In this document: piece by piece, positions 46,476-46,477 of the stretch | How the letters are laid out: each line of letters opens with the position of its first letter | Position numbering within the stretch: the stretch's first letter is position 1 | Virus record (IMG/VR): IMGVR_UViG_3300031760_000013 | Coordinates: 66,458 to 112,934 of that record | Source of the DNA: a virus | Lineage: Duplodnaviria > Heunggongvirae > Uroviricota > Caudoviricetes | Reading direction: 5' to 3' (one strand) | Length of the DNA stretch: 46,477 bases | Notes under the pieces: model-generated | What the model was told of the DNA's origin: nothing | Seen by the model: the letters and a program-made list of their open reading frames with translations, nothing else | The model's database searches: none | Translations under genes and position numbers: made by a program

Positions 46476-46477
46476 CA

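Noticed and set aside
1-46477. CRISPR array, anti-CRISPR call or stop-codon recoding
   Set aside because: No repeat-spacer array seen; no basis for naming small ORFs as Acr; genes are full length in the standard code

Overview
The window covers most of the late (virion) region of a large temperate siphovirus. Gene order resembles SPbeta-like Firmicutes phages, and the host is probably a Clostridia-type bacterium (inference from strong GGAGG/GGGTGA RBSs, sigmaA-type promoters and lysin architecture). Plus strand, in order: TerL, portal, prohead protease, head decoration, major capsid, head-tail joining genes, major tail protein, RusA-like resolvase, a free-standing endonuclease, tape measure (1981 aa), Dit, a 2855-aa mosaic tail protein, baseplate and fibre genes. 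Next is a complete diversity-generating retroelement (DGR) with two tandem paralogous target genes, then avd, TR and RT. Each VR differs from TR at 16 positions, all TR adenines. It is followed by XkdW/XkdX-like genes, the lysis cassette, an independently promoted proteasome-beta/HslV-like gene, and an apparently intact attP (3' half of tRNA-Pro(CGG) with arm-type repeats and a 10-bp-phased AGATT array). The minus strand carries the integrase, excisionase and a small-ORF operon. Best candidates for something undescribed: (i) a ~355-nt, multi-helix, ORF-poor RNA with its own consensus promoter and terminator (45601-45958); (ii) the Ser1 proteasome-beta-like moron (42667-43281); (iii) an inverted-repeat-bounded structured element between portal and protease (3770-4054); (iv) the dual-target DGR. 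Family calls come from motif recognition by eye; no database search or folding program was run.
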